Counted from the first letter of the stretch, positions 1 to 10,121 are shown. The stretch: DNA of 44,360 nucleotides from Synechococcus sp. (GCA_051439425.1 JBFRWD010000043.1:1-44360); one strand, 5' to 3'. Notes: a model not told the origin generated them from the letters alone. Program-made: numbers and translations.

Positions 1-282
1 ACGGATGTGTGTGTGTCGTTTGTAGCTATTTACGCATTGGAAGCAGGATATGAAGTGTTTGTGGTCACCGATGCAACGGGGACGTTCGATGAATCGATTC
101 GGTCCGCCGCTTGGGACCGCATGAGCAAAGCTGGGGTACAGCTGGTGAATTGGTTCGCGGTTGCCTGTGAATTGCATAGGGATTGGCGCAACGATGTAGA
201 GGGTTTAGGCAATCTCCTTTCCAATCACATTCCCCTCTATCGAGGTTTGATGACCAGCTATGCGGCCCTATCGCAGAAATAG
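1..282 (+). CDS. ycaC: YcaC-like isochorismatase/cysteine hydrolase, 5'-truncated by the window edge
   Basis: The frame is open from base 1 (TDVCV...). It contains the catalytic Cys motif TDVC, VVTDATGT, and the YcaC-typical C-terminus WFAVACELHRDWRND. Confidence 0.85.
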   Translation, partial: TDVCVSFVAIYALEAGYEVFVVTDATGTFDESIRSAAWDRMSKAGVQLVNWFAVACELHRDWRNDVEGLGNLLSNHIPLYRGLMTSYAALSQK

Positions 283-367
283 ACTTGGTTCCAATGCGAA
301 CTGCTTTGTTGGCTGAGATTGGTCGATCGCATAGGTTTGGGCTGGATATCCTGTTAGCAATAGCGTG

Positions 368-400
368 AGTGAGCGGCTGAGCATTTCTTCTGCCGCTCAC
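368..400. terminator. Hairpin downstream of ycaC (possible terminator or processing site)
   Basis: 10-bp inverted repeat AGTGAGCGGC...GCCGCTCACT. Confidence 0.4.
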
Positions 401-434
401 TTAAGGGAAGGGAATACGTTCCTCTTAGCAAAAT

Positions 435-1016
435 ATGACTGACCTAATTGACCACCGCGATCACTCAACAGCAGACAAGAGCCAGCACGTCACTGCTGTC
501 ATTACCCACCGCGTGCAACCAGATCGCACCAGCAATTACGAAGAATGGATAAAAGGTATTTCTGCTGATGCTCGCCAGTTTGACGGACATCTGGGTGTCA
601 CAATCTTGCGGCCTCAACCTGGAGCTTCCGCTGACTATGTAATTGTGCTCCAGTTTGACTCGTGCTCTCACTTGACCACTTGGCTCAATTCCGATATTCG
701 CCAAGGTTGGATCGATCGCGTTCAACCGCTTATTCAAGACCAAGAGTCAGTTCAGATATTGACCGGGTTAGAAGGGTGGTTTCAGCTTCCCAAGCAAATT
801 GGCTCCTCGGCCCCCAAGCGTTACAAGCAAGCCATCTTGGTTTGGGTGGCGGTGACGATCGTGGCTATATGCGTACACCCGTTGCTGGCTCCCGCGCTGC
901 AATACCTACCCTGGCTGTTGCGGGTAAAAATCAACGTAGCTATTACGGTCATCCTATTGACCTACGTCATCATGCCTCGTCTGACACGGTGGTTCAAACG
1001 CTGGTTAAGCGCTTGA
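435..1016 (+). CDS. Antibiotic biosynthesis monooxygenase (ABM) family protein with C-terminal membrane helices
   Basis: N-terminal ABM-like segment (VTAVITHRV...YEEW...FDGHLG...WLNSDIR), then GLEGWF, PKRYK and two hydrophobic helices ending MPRLTRWFKRWL. Confidence 0.8.
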   Translation: MTDLIDHRDHSTADKSQHVTAVITHRVQPDRTSNYEEWIKGISADARQFDGHLGVTILRPQPGASADYVIVLQFDSCSHLTTWLNSDIRQGWIDRVQPLIQDQESVQILTGLEGWFQLPKQIGSSAPKRYKQAILVWVAVTIVAICVHPLLAPALQYLPWLLRVKINVAITVILLTYVIMPRLTRWFKRWLSA

Positions 1017-1111
1017 GGAATGTCTGGCCGAGCGCACTCATATCCACGGGCAACTATTCAATAGTCCGTCTCTGTGATGTGACTCGGGTCAAGATTATTT
1101 AGGGCTGTCTA

Positions 1112-1987
1112 ATGAGTTCTGTCATGCAAACGATAATTACGCCGCACGTTCAAGACCTAGGAGGTTTTGTCGCACGCAGACTACTTCCTAATGACAAGTT
1201 TGCTATGGTTGGCCCCTTTATCTTTTTCGATCATTTGGGGCCTGTCGTTTTTCCGGCGGGTAAGGGCATTGACGTGCGTCCCCACCCCCACATCAATTTA
1301 GCGACGGTGACCTACCTATTTGAAGGTGCGTTTCTCCATCGCGATAGCTTGGGAACTGTGCAGGAGATTTGCCCTGGCGAAGTGAACTGGATGACTGCAG
1401 GACGGGGTATTTCGCACTCGGAGCGATCGCCCAATGACGAACGCTCTGTCGAGTCAACGCTTCACGGTATTCAAACCTGGGTCGCTTTACCGGAAGAGGC
1501 CGAAGAAGTAGAACCCAGCTTTCACCATCATGGAGCTACATCCATCCCCACCTGGGAAAGCAACGGCACTATCGTCAAGTTGATTGCAGGAGCCGCCTAC
1601 GATCGCGTCTCTCCCGTGCAAGCCTTTTCTCCCATCTTGTATCTAGATTTGGACTTTCCCGAGGGGGGCTCTTTCACTCTCACTACCCCCTACAGCGAAC
1701 GGGCTGTTTATACTGTCACGCCTGGAATCGCACTGGATGGCTACCCAACGGAACAACACCGTTTGGTGACGCTAGCACCTCAACAGGCTGTAGACATTTC
1801 GTCCTCTGTAGGTGGTCGCTGTGTGGTTATCGGAGGTGAGCCCTTGGGGGTACGTCATAAATGGTGGAATTTTGTGTCCAGCCGCCCCGAGCGGATCGAG
1901 CAGGCTAAGCAAGATTGGCTGGATGGGACGTTTGGCCAAGTGCCGGATGAGAGCGAGTTTATTCCTTTGCCGGACGCAATTGGCTAG
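1112..1987 (+). CDS. Pirin family protein
   Basis: Pirin motifs GPFIFFDH, HPH, VTYLFEG, HRDSLG, VNWMTAGRGISHSE, and C-terminal WWNFVS. Confidence 0.95.
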   Translation: MSSVMQTIITPHVQDLGGFVARRLLPNDKFAMVGPFIFFDHLGPVVFPAGKGIDVRPHPHINLATVTYLFEGAFLHRDSLGTVQEICPGEVNWMTAGRGISHSERSPNDERSVESTLHGIQTWVALPEEAEEVEPSFHHHGATSIPTWESNGTIVKLIAGAAYDRVSPVQAFSPILYLDLDFPEGGSFTLTTPYSERAVYTVTPGIALDGYPTEQHRLVTLAPQQAVDISSSVGGRCVVIGGEPLGVRHKWWNFVSSRPERIEQAKQDWLDGTFGQVPDESEFIPLPDAIG

Positions 1988-2427
1988 ATCTTCACCTTTT
2001 TCGGCTTCGCCACTGTGCGAGCTTAGTAGGCAATCTGAGTTCGATACCTTAATTCCCAATCCTCCTCTGCCAGTCTCTCTTTACTAGGAGGAGAAAGGAG
2101 TAAAAGACTTCAGCCCTAACTTACATTTCGCACCTGGAGCGGAGAGGGTATCTTTGGAGTCTCTGAATGAGCTATAGAAATAGAGACGTAATCCGGAATC
2201 TCGATTAACAGCCAGCTCTCACTCACTTATCTGCTGGTGTTCTCGTTGCTATTACAACTGACAACCTCATAAATTTTCAAGTCATTCGAGAGTGTCAGAT
2301 CTGGGATCTCAGCCGAGAGCAATCAGCCTGATAAGCTGGGCAATCCCTGCCTTGCATATGTATCTCGCACTGAATGATTTCAACGAGCGAACCGGAACTC
2401 CCTTCAATTTCATTGAAGTCCCCACAG

Positions 2428-3492
2428 GGAACTGGCCAGAAATTAGTTTAAGGTCTAGAAATCTTTGAGAGTCAAGCCTGTAGCCCTGATGCAATGCCCC
2501 TACTGCCAAAGCGAAAGCACCAGCAAGCGAGGGTTTAGTCCTCGTCGCCATCAAGAGCACTTGCAGCGCTACATCTGCAAAAGTTGTCAGTGTCTGTTCA
2601 ACGAATGGACTGGCACGCCCCTAGCCTATATCCACAAACCAGTGGAACAAGTGGAGCGAGTGTTGAAGATGCACAGTGAGGGCATGGGAGTCCGCGCCGC
2701 TGCCAGAGTGGAAGGCATTGCTCATGCCACCGTGTCTCTGTGGGAGCAACGCCTAACTCAGAAGGAATCCGAGTGGTCCCCCCAGCCCCTAAGGGGAGTG
2801 GCGTAACTGTGGAAGGAGATGAACTGTATACGCGGGTCGGTGAAAACCGGGCTGCCAGTAAAGCCTCGGTTGGACCTTGACTCTACTGGAGAGAGCAAGC
2901 CGCTACTGGGTAGCCACCATCGCCGGTCGTCGAGATAACGAGTTGTTTCGGCAAGGAATGGCCGTCCTCTGGAATTGGGTGGAAGGAGCTCTGTTTGTGA
3001 GGCTATTCACAGATGGAGAGGGGCGCTATGCCAACTGCTTTTGGAAGCTTGAGCTTGTGTGGCTAACAGGCAAACGGGGCTCCCAGGCTTATACTCACCG
3101 CAAAGTCTGGCGCCAGGGGACTGAGGTCGCCAGCAAAGTCAAGCGCCGCCAGGGTCAACGGAGAGTACGTCGTTGCAAGCCGGAGCTCCCTACATGGCCC
3201 TATCAGCTAAATCGGAGGTTCATGCCAACCACTGCGAGGCCCATAATGCGCGTATCCGTCGCCGCTGTAGCGCCTATCGACGACGGCAGAACCACTACTC
3301 CAAACATCAGGTGGGGTTGAACCGAGCCATTACGGTACTTCACCTCATTCATAATTGGTTCGCATCCATCCCTCTCTACCCAAAGCAACCACGCCAGCCA
3401 TGGCGATTGGGTTCATTGACAGGCCAATTAAGCTCGCGGAAATGCTCTCCTGTCGAGGCTTTTACGACTTACACTAACCTCTGGCCAGTACC
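2428..3492 (+). mobile_element. IS1-family insertion sequence, degenerate
   Basis: 25-bp terminal inverted repeats match at 21/25: GGAACTGGCCAGAAATTAGTTTAAG (2428-2452) against the reverse complement of 3468-3492, GGTACTGGCCAGAGGTTAGTGTAAG. Transposase fragments lie inside. Confidence 0.85.
2489..3470 (+). pseudogene. IS1-family transposase, multiply frameshifted
   Basis: Zinc ribbon CPYC...CKSC and an HTH (GMGVRAAARVEGIAHATV), followed by EGDELYTRV, FTDGE and NHCEAHNARIRRR motifs spread over several frames. Confidence 0.85.
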
Positions 3493-3496
3493 TGGT

Positions 3497-4954
3497 TTAT
3501 CTTTGCGTGAAAATCTTGGAAGTAAAAGTTCCGTGCAATCCATAGGGGACGTGGTGCTTGAGATGGAGCACAGCTTCTGGCTCTCCATTTATAGTTTGGG
3601 CATCCAAGATAACGATGTCGGTGCGATTGCGTTCCGCATCAAACACTAAAAGCAATAACCAGCCATCATCTTCAGCCGTGCCATCAGGACGCGGCACAAA
3701 CACAGGATCGCCGCCTAGATAACCGACAGGAGCAAAACTACGGATTTCCTGCTGCCCGGTCTCCATATCCACCTTCATCACACCTTGCAGTGGAGCGTTA
3801 GAGCCGGAGTCGTGGCTGCAACCGACATAGGTAAATTGCTGCTGTTTGCCCACATATGCCGGGTGTTGGGTCGGAAATTCGCAGGGGCGATCGACGATGA
3901 CACGACTGCTGACAAACCCCGTTTTCAGGTCAATGGTGTAGCGCACTAGGCGGGCAAAGGGAACAGACTCAAAGTCCACTTGGCGGAAATCGTCGTCGGC
4001 GTCAAGGGTGAGGTAGTCCTCGTAGCAAAGGGAATCGACGATGAGAAGATCGCCGTCTTCCCAAGCGTTGGCGTGATGGAAGATGAATCCGGGGTCGGTG
4101 GTAAAGGTGCGGGACTTCCCCTGGCGATCGAACACCACAATGCGGGTATTGGCTTTGGGGTCTAGCTCGATACAGGCGGCGGCGGGCTTGAGACCGAGAG
4201 CGACTGGGACGGGATTGAAGGAGACGGGATTTTGGAAAAAGATGCGGTAGTTGGGGGTGATCGCAAAATCGTGCAGAAAGCAGAAGCCAGGAACGGTGGC
4301 GGTAGTGTGCTCGGCTAGATTTCCGCTGGTATCGAGGCGATAGAAATGAATGGTGGACACTGGACCGGTGGTGACCCCGAAGGCAATCAGGTCGCCCGTA
4401 TCGGGATCGACATGAGGATGGGCAGTGAAGGCTTGCCCCTGCTTCAGCGCCCCTTCAAAGTATTCTTGCCCCAAGGTTTCCAGAGTGGCGGGATCGAGAC
4501 GGTAGGGGGAATCGGCTTCCCACAGGGCCAACAGCTTATCCCCTTGGTAGACCACATTGGTATTGGCGGGATTTTTGAACTTGAAGTCAAACCAGTTATT
4601 CCAAAAGCCACCCTCCCGCTGGGTGCCAAACACGCTGCGATAGAGAATTTTGCCTGCCTTCTGTTCGGCTAGGTATTCGGGGGTTTTGACAAAGCGATTG
4701 CGGAAATGAACGCGATCGCCACAAAACGAGATGGCACAGATCATGCCGTCCCCATCAAACGGGTGGCCGTAATCATTGCCGTTAACGTCTAGCGCCCCCG
4801 GCCCGTTACGGAATAACGTGCCCTCCAGTCCGGCAGGGAGCGTGCCCTCAATATCGTCAATCCAATAGTCGTGCTCGGTGTGGAGCGATCGGTACCCTCG
4901 GCTCCATGCTTCCGTGGTGTAAGCGGGCGAGGTAGACAGAGGGGAGGCAACCAT
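3497..4954 (-). CDS. Carotenoid oxygenase family protein (apocarotenoid cleavage dioxygenase)
   Basis: GTLFRNGPG, HPFDGDG, TAHPH, HDFAIT, FHHANAWE, EDDGWL and HHVPYGLHGTF; the four Fe-binding His are present. Confidence 0.95.
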   Translation of the reverse strand: MVASPLSTSPAYTTEAWSRGYRSLHTEHDYWIDDIEGTLPAGLEGTLFRNGPGALDVNGNDYGHPFDGDGMICAISFCGDRVHFRNRFVKTPEYLAEQKAGKILYRSVFGTQREGGFWNNWFDFKFKNPANTNVVYQGDKLLALWEADSPYRLDPATLETLGQEYFEGALKQGQAFTAHPHVDPDTGDLIAFGVTTGPVSTIHFYRLDTSGNLAEHTTATVPGFCFLHDFAITPNYRIFFQNPVSFNPVPVALGLKPAAACIELDPKANTRIVVFDRQGKSRTFTTDPGFIFHHANAWEDGDLLIVDSLCYEDYLTLDADDDFRQVDFESVPFARLVRYTIDLKTGFVSSRVIVDRPCEFPTQHPAYVGKQQQFTYVGCSHDSGSNAPLQGVMKVDMETGQQEIRSFAPVGYLGGDPVFVPRPDGTAEDDGWLLLLVFDAERNRTDIVILDAQTINGEPEAVLHLKHHVPYGLHGTFTSKIFTQR

Positions 4955-5031
4955 GCGATTCCAACAAGCGAGTCACTGCCCGTTATTGTCTCTAAAGTTA
5001 TGTTAAGTGTCTACGTTGAAACTACAACCCG

Positions 5032-6294
5032 CTAGGACTTGAGGGCAAAGATACGCTCGATCGCGTCGGACACCATGCGATCGGGGGTGGAGGCACCAGA
5101 GGTGATGCCCACGGTGATGGGGCCGGATGGTAACCAGTCATAGTCAACGAGGACACCACCGTCTAGTGGTTGGTGACGAATGCCGCCATCATCACGAATG
5201 CAAGCAGGACTATCGATGTGGAAGGATTTGTGTCCCTTCTCAATCGCAATTTCTTGCAGGTGGGTGGTGTTGGAGGAGTTAAACCCGCCGATGACTACCA
5301 TGACGTCTAGCTGCTCTTCAATCAGCGTGAACATGGCATCTTGACGCTCTTGGGTGGCGTTGCAGATGGTGTTGAAACTGATGAAATGCTCGTCCAACTT
5401 TTGGGGGCCATACTTGCGCAGCATGGTGGTTTCGAACAGCTTGGCGATCGCCTTGGTCTCCCCTTCCAGCATGGTGGTTTGGTTGGCGATGCCGACTCGC
5501 AGCAAGTCTTTGTCGGGGTCAAAGCCGGGGGACATAGCGTTAGAAAACTTGGCCAGAAACTCTTGCTTGAGTGCGTCGTGCTCGGCTTCGTTATCGTCTG
5601 CATGGAGGATGTAATTGGCCACGTAGCGGGCCTGCTCCATGTCCAGCACCACTAAATAGGTATCGGCAAACGAGCTGGTGGCAATGGTTTCTTCGTGAGT
5701 GTATTTCCCGTGGATGACGGAGGTAAAGTCTCGCTGGCGATGCTTGTCGAGCTGATTCCACACTCGCGAGACCCAGGGGCAGGTGGTATCGACAATTTCG
5801 TTGCCGTTCTCCTTAAAGAACTCCATCTCTTGCAGGCTGGCACCAAAGGCTGGCCACAGCACCACATCATTGGGGGCAATTTTGGTAAAGTCCTTCACCC
5901 CGTCCTGTTGCTGCACAAACTGAATGCCCATATTCCCCAACTGATCGTTAACTTTGGGGTTGTGAATGATTTCGTTCGTAATCCAGAGATTGCGTTCAGG
6001 AAAGCGGCGACGAGCTTCGTAGGCGTATTCGACAGCCCGCTCTACCCCCCAGCAAAAGCCGAAGGATTCCGCCAGCTTGATGGTGACATCCCCTTGGGTA
6101 TAGGTATTTTCATTGGCGCGAATCGTCTCGACTAATTCGCTTTTGTATTCGGTTTGCAGCTCGTCACGAATTTCGTCCTGCAGTTCTGGAAACCCTTTGG
6201 CGTAATAGGTATCGGAACGACGCAGGGATTGGCGTAGGGCTCTGGGGCGATCGGACGGAGACATAGAAGAGGGGGAGGAGGTGGATTGGGTCAT
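5032..6294 (-). CDS. ispH: 4-hydroxy-3-methylbut-2-enyl diphosphate reductase
   Basis: FGFCWGVERA, IIHNP, VDTTCPWV, NQTT, TICNATQERQ, SSNT and GITSGASTP; cyanobacterial/plant-type N-terminal extension. Confidence 0.97.
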   Translation of the reverse strand: MTQSTSSPSSMSPSDRPRALRQSLRRSDTYYAKGFPELQDEIRDELQTEYKSELVETIRANENTYTQGDVTIKLAESFGFCWGVERAVEYAYEARRRFPERNLWITNEIIHNPKVNDQLGNMGIQFVQQQDGVKDFTKIAPNDVVLWPAFGASLQEMEFFKENGNEIVDTTCPWVSRVWNQLDKHRQRDFTSVIHGKYTHEETIATSSFADTYLVVLDMEQARYVANYILHADDNEAEHDALKQEFLAKFSNAMSPGFDPDKDLLRVGIANQTTMLEGETKAIAKLFETTMLRKYGPQKLDEHFISFNTICNATQERQDAMFTLIEEQLDVMVVIGGFNSSNTTHLQEIAIEKGHKSFHIDSPACIRDDGGIRHQPLDGGVLVDYDWLPSGPITVGITSGASTPDRMVSDAIERIFALKS

Positions 6295-6589
6295 TGAGAG
6301 GAATTAGCCAACGCTAGTCTCAGCTTACGCTATGATTCTGCTCCCTCTGGGTGCTCTATATATCAATCCCGGTTATGTCAGTCTTGGCCATCTCAACCAT
6401 GACTGCGAAGTCCCAACCTGGGATGCCTACAGCGATCGGCAATCCACTATGGAGAGGTTCCTAGGTGCTTTTCCATGCCAATAAAGGACTCTAGCTGTCT
6501 CAACACTCCAGACCTTAGAGCGGATTGCTACACCACGAACATTCCAAATTTTTGACCTGTCAGAGGTTTGAACTATTGGAGTTGTTGCC

Positions 6590-7468
6590 TCAGTGTTTGA
6601 TGGCGGCGAGCAGACCGAAGCGAACTAGGCCGCTGGCATATCCTCGGGACATTAAGGGCAATGCCAGAGCCGCTCGCACCGTACCCCAGCCGCTCCCCAA
6701 TAGTTTGGGTAACACCGATAAATCTTTGGCTGAGTCAATGACGATATCCCAGAAGGGGGCGACTCGTTCCGACCAGTCATCGACCCGAATGTCTTTCAGT
6801 GAAAGGTTGCGGGCGATCGCCTCGTAATCCTGCAGGCTAATCACGTAGGGCAAGCAATAGACGTCATATATCTTCTGGAGGTGTTGCCGATCGCGCTGGG
6901 AGAGTTCTCCTTCGCGGTGACACCAGGTGGCCATCAACAGCGTTCCCCCCGGTTTCAGCACCCGACAGCATTCCGTTAAAAATTGCCGTTTGTCGGGCAT
7001 GTGCTCCCCGCTCTCCAGACTCCACACCAAATCGAAGCTGTTGCTGTCAAACGGCATGTTGAGGGCGTCGGCGACTTGGAAGCTGGCGCGATCGCCTAAC
7101 CCAAATTCAGAGGCTCGCTGGTTGGCCCGCTCGGCTTGGACGGGGCTGAGGGTAATGCCGGTGGCGGTGGCGTTGTAACGCTCGGCCAGATAGAGGCTGC
7201 TACCTCCAATACCGCAGCCAACATCCAGTATGGTCTTGGGGGCAGCAAGGGGGTCAGTTTCAGAAACTTGGCCCCAGTCTAAGAGGCGATCGATCAGGTC
7301 GATTTGAGCTTGGCGGCGGTTGGGTCGGGGGCCATCGACGGGGTAGTAGCCGTGATGCATGTGCTCTCCCCAGACGTCTTCCCACAGGCCGGAGGAGGCA
7401 TCGTAAAAGCGACGAATGCGATCGTTAAGTTGGGTGTCAGCGTTGGCGATCGCGTTGGGGTTATCCAT
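6590..7468 (-). CDS. Gamma-tocopherol methyltransferase-like class I SAM methyltransferase
   Basis: FYDASSGLWEDVWGEHMHHGYY, LDVGCGIGGSS, WSLESGEHMPDK and ATWCHR match the VTE4/Slr0089 family. Confidence 0.9.
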   Translation of the reverse strand: MDNPNAIANADTQLNDRIRRFYDASSGLWEDVWGEHMHHGYYPVDGPRPNRRQAQIDLIDRLLDWGQVSETDPLAAPKTILDVGCGIGGSSLYLAERYNATATGITLSPVQAERANQRASEFGLGDRASFQVADALNMPFDSNSFDLVWSLESGEHMPDKRQFLTECCRVLKPGGTLLMATWCHREGELSQRDRQHLQKIYDVYCLPYVISLQDYEAIARNLSLKDIRVDDWSERVAPFWDIVIDSAKDLSVLPKLLGSGWGTVRAALALPLMSRGYASGLVRFGLLAAIKH

Positions 7469-7597
7469 GGTGATCGATCGGTAGACTCGTACTCTGTTAA
7501 AGCCTAGAAGAAGACCGAACGCTCGCCTTCAGGCTTAAAGCCTGGCAACCACTGCATTCATGACTCCTTTTATCGCAATCCTGTCAGACAAAAAACT

Positions 7598-7646
7598 GGC
7601 TTGCTGCAATGCACAAACTGCTCGATGGCTCCTTTCTCAGCAAGCC
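7598..7646. repeat. Intergenic inverted-repeat element, copy 1
   Basis: GGCTTGCTG (7598-7606) ... CAGCAAGCC (7638-7646). Confidence 0.6.
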
Positions 7647-7654
7647 GGACAGAT

Positions 7655-9469
7655 TTATGTGGTCTGAGTGTGCAGGTTAAATGCCTGGTGAATGGTTTGC
7701 AACGCTTCTAGGCCGCTGTCTGCTCGTACGACGCAACTGACTTTGATTTCGGAGGTGGAAATCATTTCGACGTTAATGTCATTGGCCGCCAGAGCTTGGA
7801 AGAGTTGAGCGGCAGTGCCGGGATGAGCCTCCATCGATGCCCCCACGATGCTGACTTTGGCGACGTCCGTGTCCACTTCTACGCCGCCACAGTCGAGTTC
7901 GGAGGAGATTTGCTCTAAGAGTCCTTTTGCGGTGCGGGCTTGTTCTTGTTTGGTGGTAAAGGCGATGTGGTTGGTGGGAATGCCACTGGCGTTGGTTTGG
8001 TTGCGCTGGCTTTGGACGATGGTATCGACCACAATGCCTGCGTCGGCTAGGCGTCTGAAGATCTTGGCGGCGTGACCGGGGCGATCGGGAACATCCAAAA
8101 TGGCGAGGCGGGCTTGGTCGAAGTCGAGGGCAACACCGCTGACGGGAGAGGTGGTTGAGGAGCGATCGACGGGGGCCGGGTCGGCGACGGCATGAGGGAC
8201 GACTTGGAAGTATTGGCTCAGTTGTAGGGCTGCATCTCCAGCGCGAGCCGAATCAATTGCACAGCTGACCTTAATCTCCGACATGGAAATCAGCTGTAAA
8301 TTAATGTCGGCTGCAGCCAAGACTTCGAACATTTCGGCGGCGATGCCGGGGCGACCGATCATGCCAGCTCCGGCGATGCTGACTTTCGCGATGTTGTTGT
8401 CTACTAACACTTCACGGCAGCCCAGATCTTTGGCCACTTGTTTAACGATTTCAGCGGCTTCAATGACGGAGCCGTGCTCTAGGGTAAATGAAATGTCATT
8501 GGTAACTTCCTCATCTTTATCAAGATTGGGGTGGACGGATTGCAGAATAAGGTCGACGTTGATGCCCGCAGCAGCGATCGCCTGGAATAGTTTGGCAGCC
8601 ACACCGGGGCGATCGGGCACTTGTAATAGGACGATTTTGGCTTGGTTACGATCGGCGGTTACTGCGGTTACGGCCTGAGAAGTCTCCAGACCGGAGAGGG
8701 TGGGGCGGCGGCTGGGTTGGGGGGAGAGGACAGCGGTGCCGGGGTCTTCAGTCCAACTGGAGCGGACTGCTAGTTTGAGGCCGTAGTTGCGAGCCAGTTC
8801 GACGGCACGGGGGTGGAGGACGTTGGCACCCAGGCTGGCGAGCTCCAGCATTTCGTCGCTGGTGATGTGGGGTAACAGTTGGGCTTCGGGGACTTTGCGG
8901 GGGTCGGTGGTGAGGACGCCGGGAACATCCGTATATATCTCGCAGACTTCGGCATTGAGGGCGACTGCCAGGGCGACGGCGGTGGTGTCGGAACCGCCGC
9001 GACCGAGGGTGGTGATTTCTAGGTCGATGGGGCTGGAGATGCCTTGGAATCCGGCGACGATGACGACTTTTCCGGCATCGAGGTGGCGGCGAATGCGATC
9101 GGGACTGATTTCGTAGATGCGGGCGCGGGAATGTTCCCGTTCGGTCAGGATTCCGGCTTGGGCTCCGGTGAGGGAGGTGGCGGGGCAACCGATTTGCTGC
9201 AGGGCCATAGAGAGTAGGGAGATGCTGACTTGCTCGCCGGTGGAGAGCAACATGTCCATTTCGCGACGGTATTCTACGCTGTCGTCGGGGTCGGGGACGA
9301 TGTCGTTGGCGAGGGAGACGAGGGTGTCAGTTTGTTTGCCCATGGCGGATACAACCGCCACTACTTGATGGCCCTGGGCGACGGTGCGGGAGATGCGATC
9401 GGCGACGGCTTGAATGCGTTCGACGGTGCCGACGGAGGTACCTCCATATTTATGAACGATTAGGGCCAT
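7655..9469 (-). CDS. lysC: Aspartate kinase, cyanobacterial type with four ACT domains
   Basis: KYGGTSVG, VVSAMG, TTLGRGGSDTTA, YTDVPGV and VLHPRAVE, followed by repeated VPDRPG / AKVSI / SEIKVSC ACT modules. Confidence 0.97.
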   Translation of the reverse strand: MALIVHKYGGTSVGTVERIQAVADRISRTVAQGHQVVAVVSAMGKQTDTLVSLANDIVPDPDDSVEYRREMDMLLSTGEQVSISLLSMALQQIGCPATSLTGAQAGILTEREHSRARIYEISPDRIRRHLDAGKVVIVAGFQGISSPIDLEITTLGRGGSDTTAVALAVALNAEVCEIYTDVPGVLTTDPRKVPEAQLLPHITSDEMLELASLGANVLHPRAVELARNYGLKLAVRSSWTEDPGTAVLSPQPSRRPTLSGLETSQAVTAVTADRNQAKIVLLQVPDRPGVAAKLFQAIAAAGINVDLILQSVHPNLDKDEEVTNDISFTLEHGSVIEAAEIVKQVAKDLGCREVLVDNNIAKVSIAGAGMIGRPGIAAEMFEVLAAADINLQLISMSEIKVSCAIDSARAGDAALQLSQYFQVVPHAVADPAPVDRSSTTSPVSGVALDFDQARLAILDVPDRPGHAAKIFRRLADAGIVVDTIVQSQRNQTNASGIPTNHIAFTTKQEQARTAKGLLEQISSELDCGGVEVDTDVAKVSIVGASMEAHPGTAAQLFQALAANDINVEMISTSEIKVSCVVRADSGLEALQTIHQAFNLHTQTT

Positions 9470-9617
9470 GTACTTGTGGTGAACGGTGCATCCGCGATTG
9501 TATTACGTGACCTATCGCGGTGGCACGGCTGGATATGGGATTGTGGTGCTTCCTTGGTTTGTCTGAGGTATGACAGGTTTGCTGGTATAGGCGCGGTGGG
9601 CGTCAGGATGTGGAGCG

Positions 9618-9809
9618 ATGGCGGAAGGTGGTCAAGAAGGAGCGGTGACTGAGGAATGGTATGTGGTGCAGCGGCCTGAGGGGCATTGCGAGATTGTCGA
9701 TGCGGTTCCAGAAGAGGATGCGACCAATTGGGGGCCATTTGCGTCGCAGGGGGATGCCATTGCTCGCCGAATTGGGTTGATTCGGTCTGGGAAGTGTCAG
9801 CCAGTGTGA
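9618..9809 (+). CDS. Conserved small cyanobacterial hypothetical protein (63 aa)
   Basis: WYVVQRPEGHCEI...WGPFASQGDAIARRIGLIRSGKCQP resembles a widespread small cyanobacterial family (recalled, not searched). GGAG lies upstream of the ATG. Confidence 0.75.
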   Translation: MAEGGQEGAVTEEWYVVQRPEGHCEIVDAVPEEDATNWGPFASQGDAIARRIGLIRSGKCQPV

Positions 9810-9823
9810 TGTGAGGCATAAGA

Positions 9824-9925
9824 TTAGCGGTTGTCGAATAGGATTTTGGCCAGGATGACAAAAACCAGGATGATGGCTAGTTCGGTGGTTCCGACTTGTG
9901 GAGCGCTAAGGACTTTGGCACTCAT
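9824..9925 (-). CDS. Putative 33-aa single-pass membrane peptide, divergent from the NACHT gene
   Basis: Manual translation gives MSAKVLSAPQVGTTELAIILVFVILAKILFDNR*, with one hydrophobic helix. It is below the ORF track cutoff. Confidence 0.5.
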   Translation of the reverse strand: MSAKVLSAPQVGTTELAIILVFVILAKILFDNR

Positions 9926-10088
9926 CTGTTTCGCTTCCAAATTGCATCCCAAGTAGCGTCTGCCAGTTTTCCAACAGCCCAAGAGATTAGGGCTGACAAG
10001 ATGAACAGAAGAAGGGCTTTCATTGCGAACTCCATCACGACAGCCTAACTATGCCGGAAGATAAATGTGGGCAGATCGGCAGGAGATT

Positions 10089-10121
10089 GGGACTTTTTTG
10101 TGACTTTGGTGTGACTTTGTG
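10089..10121. promoter_or_regulatory. Three tandem direct repeats with 11-bp period (candidate operator)
   Basis: GGGACTTTTTT / GTGACTTTGGT / GTGACTTTGTG, about 55 bp upstream of the NACHT ATG. Confidence 0.5.

Noticed and set aside
2045..2160. Degenerate CCTCCTCT...AGGAGGAG palindromic segment like common cyanobacterial intergenic repeats
   Set aside because: It is a single, heavily decayed copy whose boundaries cannot be supported.
4981..5008. TTATGTTAAGT resembles the XerD arm of a dif site
   Set aside because: The would-be XerC arm (CGTTATTGTCT) does not match, and the site lies in an ordinary promoter spacer.
9618..9809. Small protein as a transposase (a label sometimes given to similar proteins)
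   Set aside because: It is only 63 aa, with no DDE motif and no terminal repeats.
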